64,000 bases of DNA from Haplodiscus bocki. Lineage: Eukaryota. The position numbers and the translations under genes are program-made. The stretch covers positions 97,960,001-98,024,000 of the forward strand of contig OZ296650.1 of the NCBI GenBank assembly GCA_965655095.1. Direction: 5' to 3'. Each line of letters opens with the position of its first letter. Within the stretch, counting starts at the first letter, position 1. Shown in pieces: positions 62,439-64,000 of this stretch. The notes beneath the pieces were generated by a model that saw only the letters and a list, made by a program, of their open reading frames with translations, did no database searches and had not been told where the DNA came from.

Positions 62439-64000
62439 ATGGTCCGAAATTAGGATTCAAGAGATCTCTGTTACCCCTGTAGGTTCACCCATGTCTCACT
62501 AAGAATGCTAAGTTTCATCGCTGGGAGGGCAACCCGGGACGTGCTGCTGAAAATTTCAGGAGCAGCCAAGCTATAGATATTATAAATATTCACTATGTAA
62601 ACCATGATGATGTTCAAGAGGTAACGAAAGTTCGTATTTACATTTCATATGGCCTAAAATGCAAAAGAAACTTATTGTTAGTCATCAGTTTCAGCCAAAA
62701 AGTCTTTATTTTTCTGCGATTTTATTTTCAGAACTACGTTATTGAAAGTTCAAGAATTAACTGAATGTAAATGAATTTTGCATTCTGATTGGTTGTTGGG
62801 CACATGTAAGTACGATCGATTACCATCTATGGACCTTTGATGGAAATCCATTTAATCGATGGGAAATCCATCAAAATTAATTTTTATAAAGTGACGCTCG
62901 CTCAACCCGGGATAACAATATGGGATGTTGATTTCAACGAAGAACAGAACAGAAGAGTGAAGAATTGTGGATTGTTGCACGTGATCAGCAGAATTTGTAT
63001 TTTATGTCGGCAAAAACAGTGGCTTCTTCCTCTAAAGTATGAACGATCAATTCCAACTGATATAATAAAATAGGCAACTACCAAATTTTTCATCAATGAA
63101 ATGAGAAAAACAATGGAAAAAGTCAACCTCAAATAATGAAGCCTGCTGACGGGTCTCGATTTTCGGATGTATTGACTTTTCAGGGAAAAGTGATAACTTC
63201 GTATAGCGTAGATATAGCAGATTTAACATGCTTTACGAATGGAGCATGTTGTGAATGTGTAGAGGACTTGAAGGTCGATACACAAATAGAGATGAAGTCT
63301 TTATGCAAGTTGTAACAAGCACCATACCCGTCCTGTGTCACTGGCCCATAAAACATGAACTGCTTTGTTCCCGTGGAAACCTATAAACAATGTAGGAGAA
63401 TGTTAGAAACATTACGCAACTACAACAGTACGGTCAGAAAAGATTCGGAATCTATTTCTGCATTTTACAACTTGAAAGTCCGTAAACTGTAAACTCTATT
63501 TAATACCTGTGAACACAAACTTGTCATCATTAGAATATCGACTATTTTCGTCTTTCGAAATTTTATTGAAATCAACTATATCAGTACCTTCGAGAGATTC
63601 AGGGGAACCAATTTAGCGCAAATTATTTCCGAGAAACCCGTCTTGGAAACTGGTAAAAAGTGCAAAAAAACTTCATATTTTATTCAAAGTTGACCAAAAA
63701 TGACATTTTCTAGCTGCTGTAATATTGGCCGGATAAATTCATACAAACACTATTGTAAGCTAGATGAAAAAATTGGGAAACTTTTGTCACAGTGTGGTTT
63801 GAGAAGTTGATCTCCAAAAATGCAAGGGGATTTTTCCAATTTACTACCGTGAAAAGTTCCACTTGCATCACATTCCTTGATATTTCAAGTGCCTCAAACT
63901 CCAACCACATTTACATTTTCTTAGATGCACATCGCCTACTGACTGGAGTCAAAAATTAAGAGCTCGAAAATGTTTACTCGGCCTGAAAAAGTTCAAAATC

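Noticed and set aside
62560-63450. Faint DNA-transposase-like fragments (e.g. CFVP near 63360)
   Set aside because: Too degraded to assign a family or boundaries by eye.

Overview
AT-rich eukaryotic DNA, most likely from an invertebrate animal; the species cannot be identified from the sequence. Three conserved housekeeping genes lie on the minus strand: NADH-cytochrome b5 reductase, gankyrin/PSMD10 and BAF53/ACTL6 (Arp4). Each has an uninterrupted coding body with a 3' splice acceptor 2-6 nt before the Met codon. Most of the rest is mobile or repetitive DNA. Well-defined elements are a young 4.16-kb Ty3/gypsy element (187-bp LTRs, 5-bp TSD) nested in a decayed LINE, a 1.36-kb hAT derivative, a 1.16-kb foldback element with a 9-bp TSD, and a ~171-bp satellite with a ~12-monomer higher-order duplication. 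Decayed remnants include a Penelope-like element, a ~10-kb Polinton/Maverick-like virus and older gypsy, LINE and DNA-transposon fossils. The strongest candidate for something new is in the gypsy element. Its primer-binding site is complementary to its own predicted transcript 5' end, 30 nt downstream of a TATA box, which suggests tRNA-independent self-priming in a Mag-like, non-chromovirus element. All family assignments were made by eye from motifs; no searches were run.
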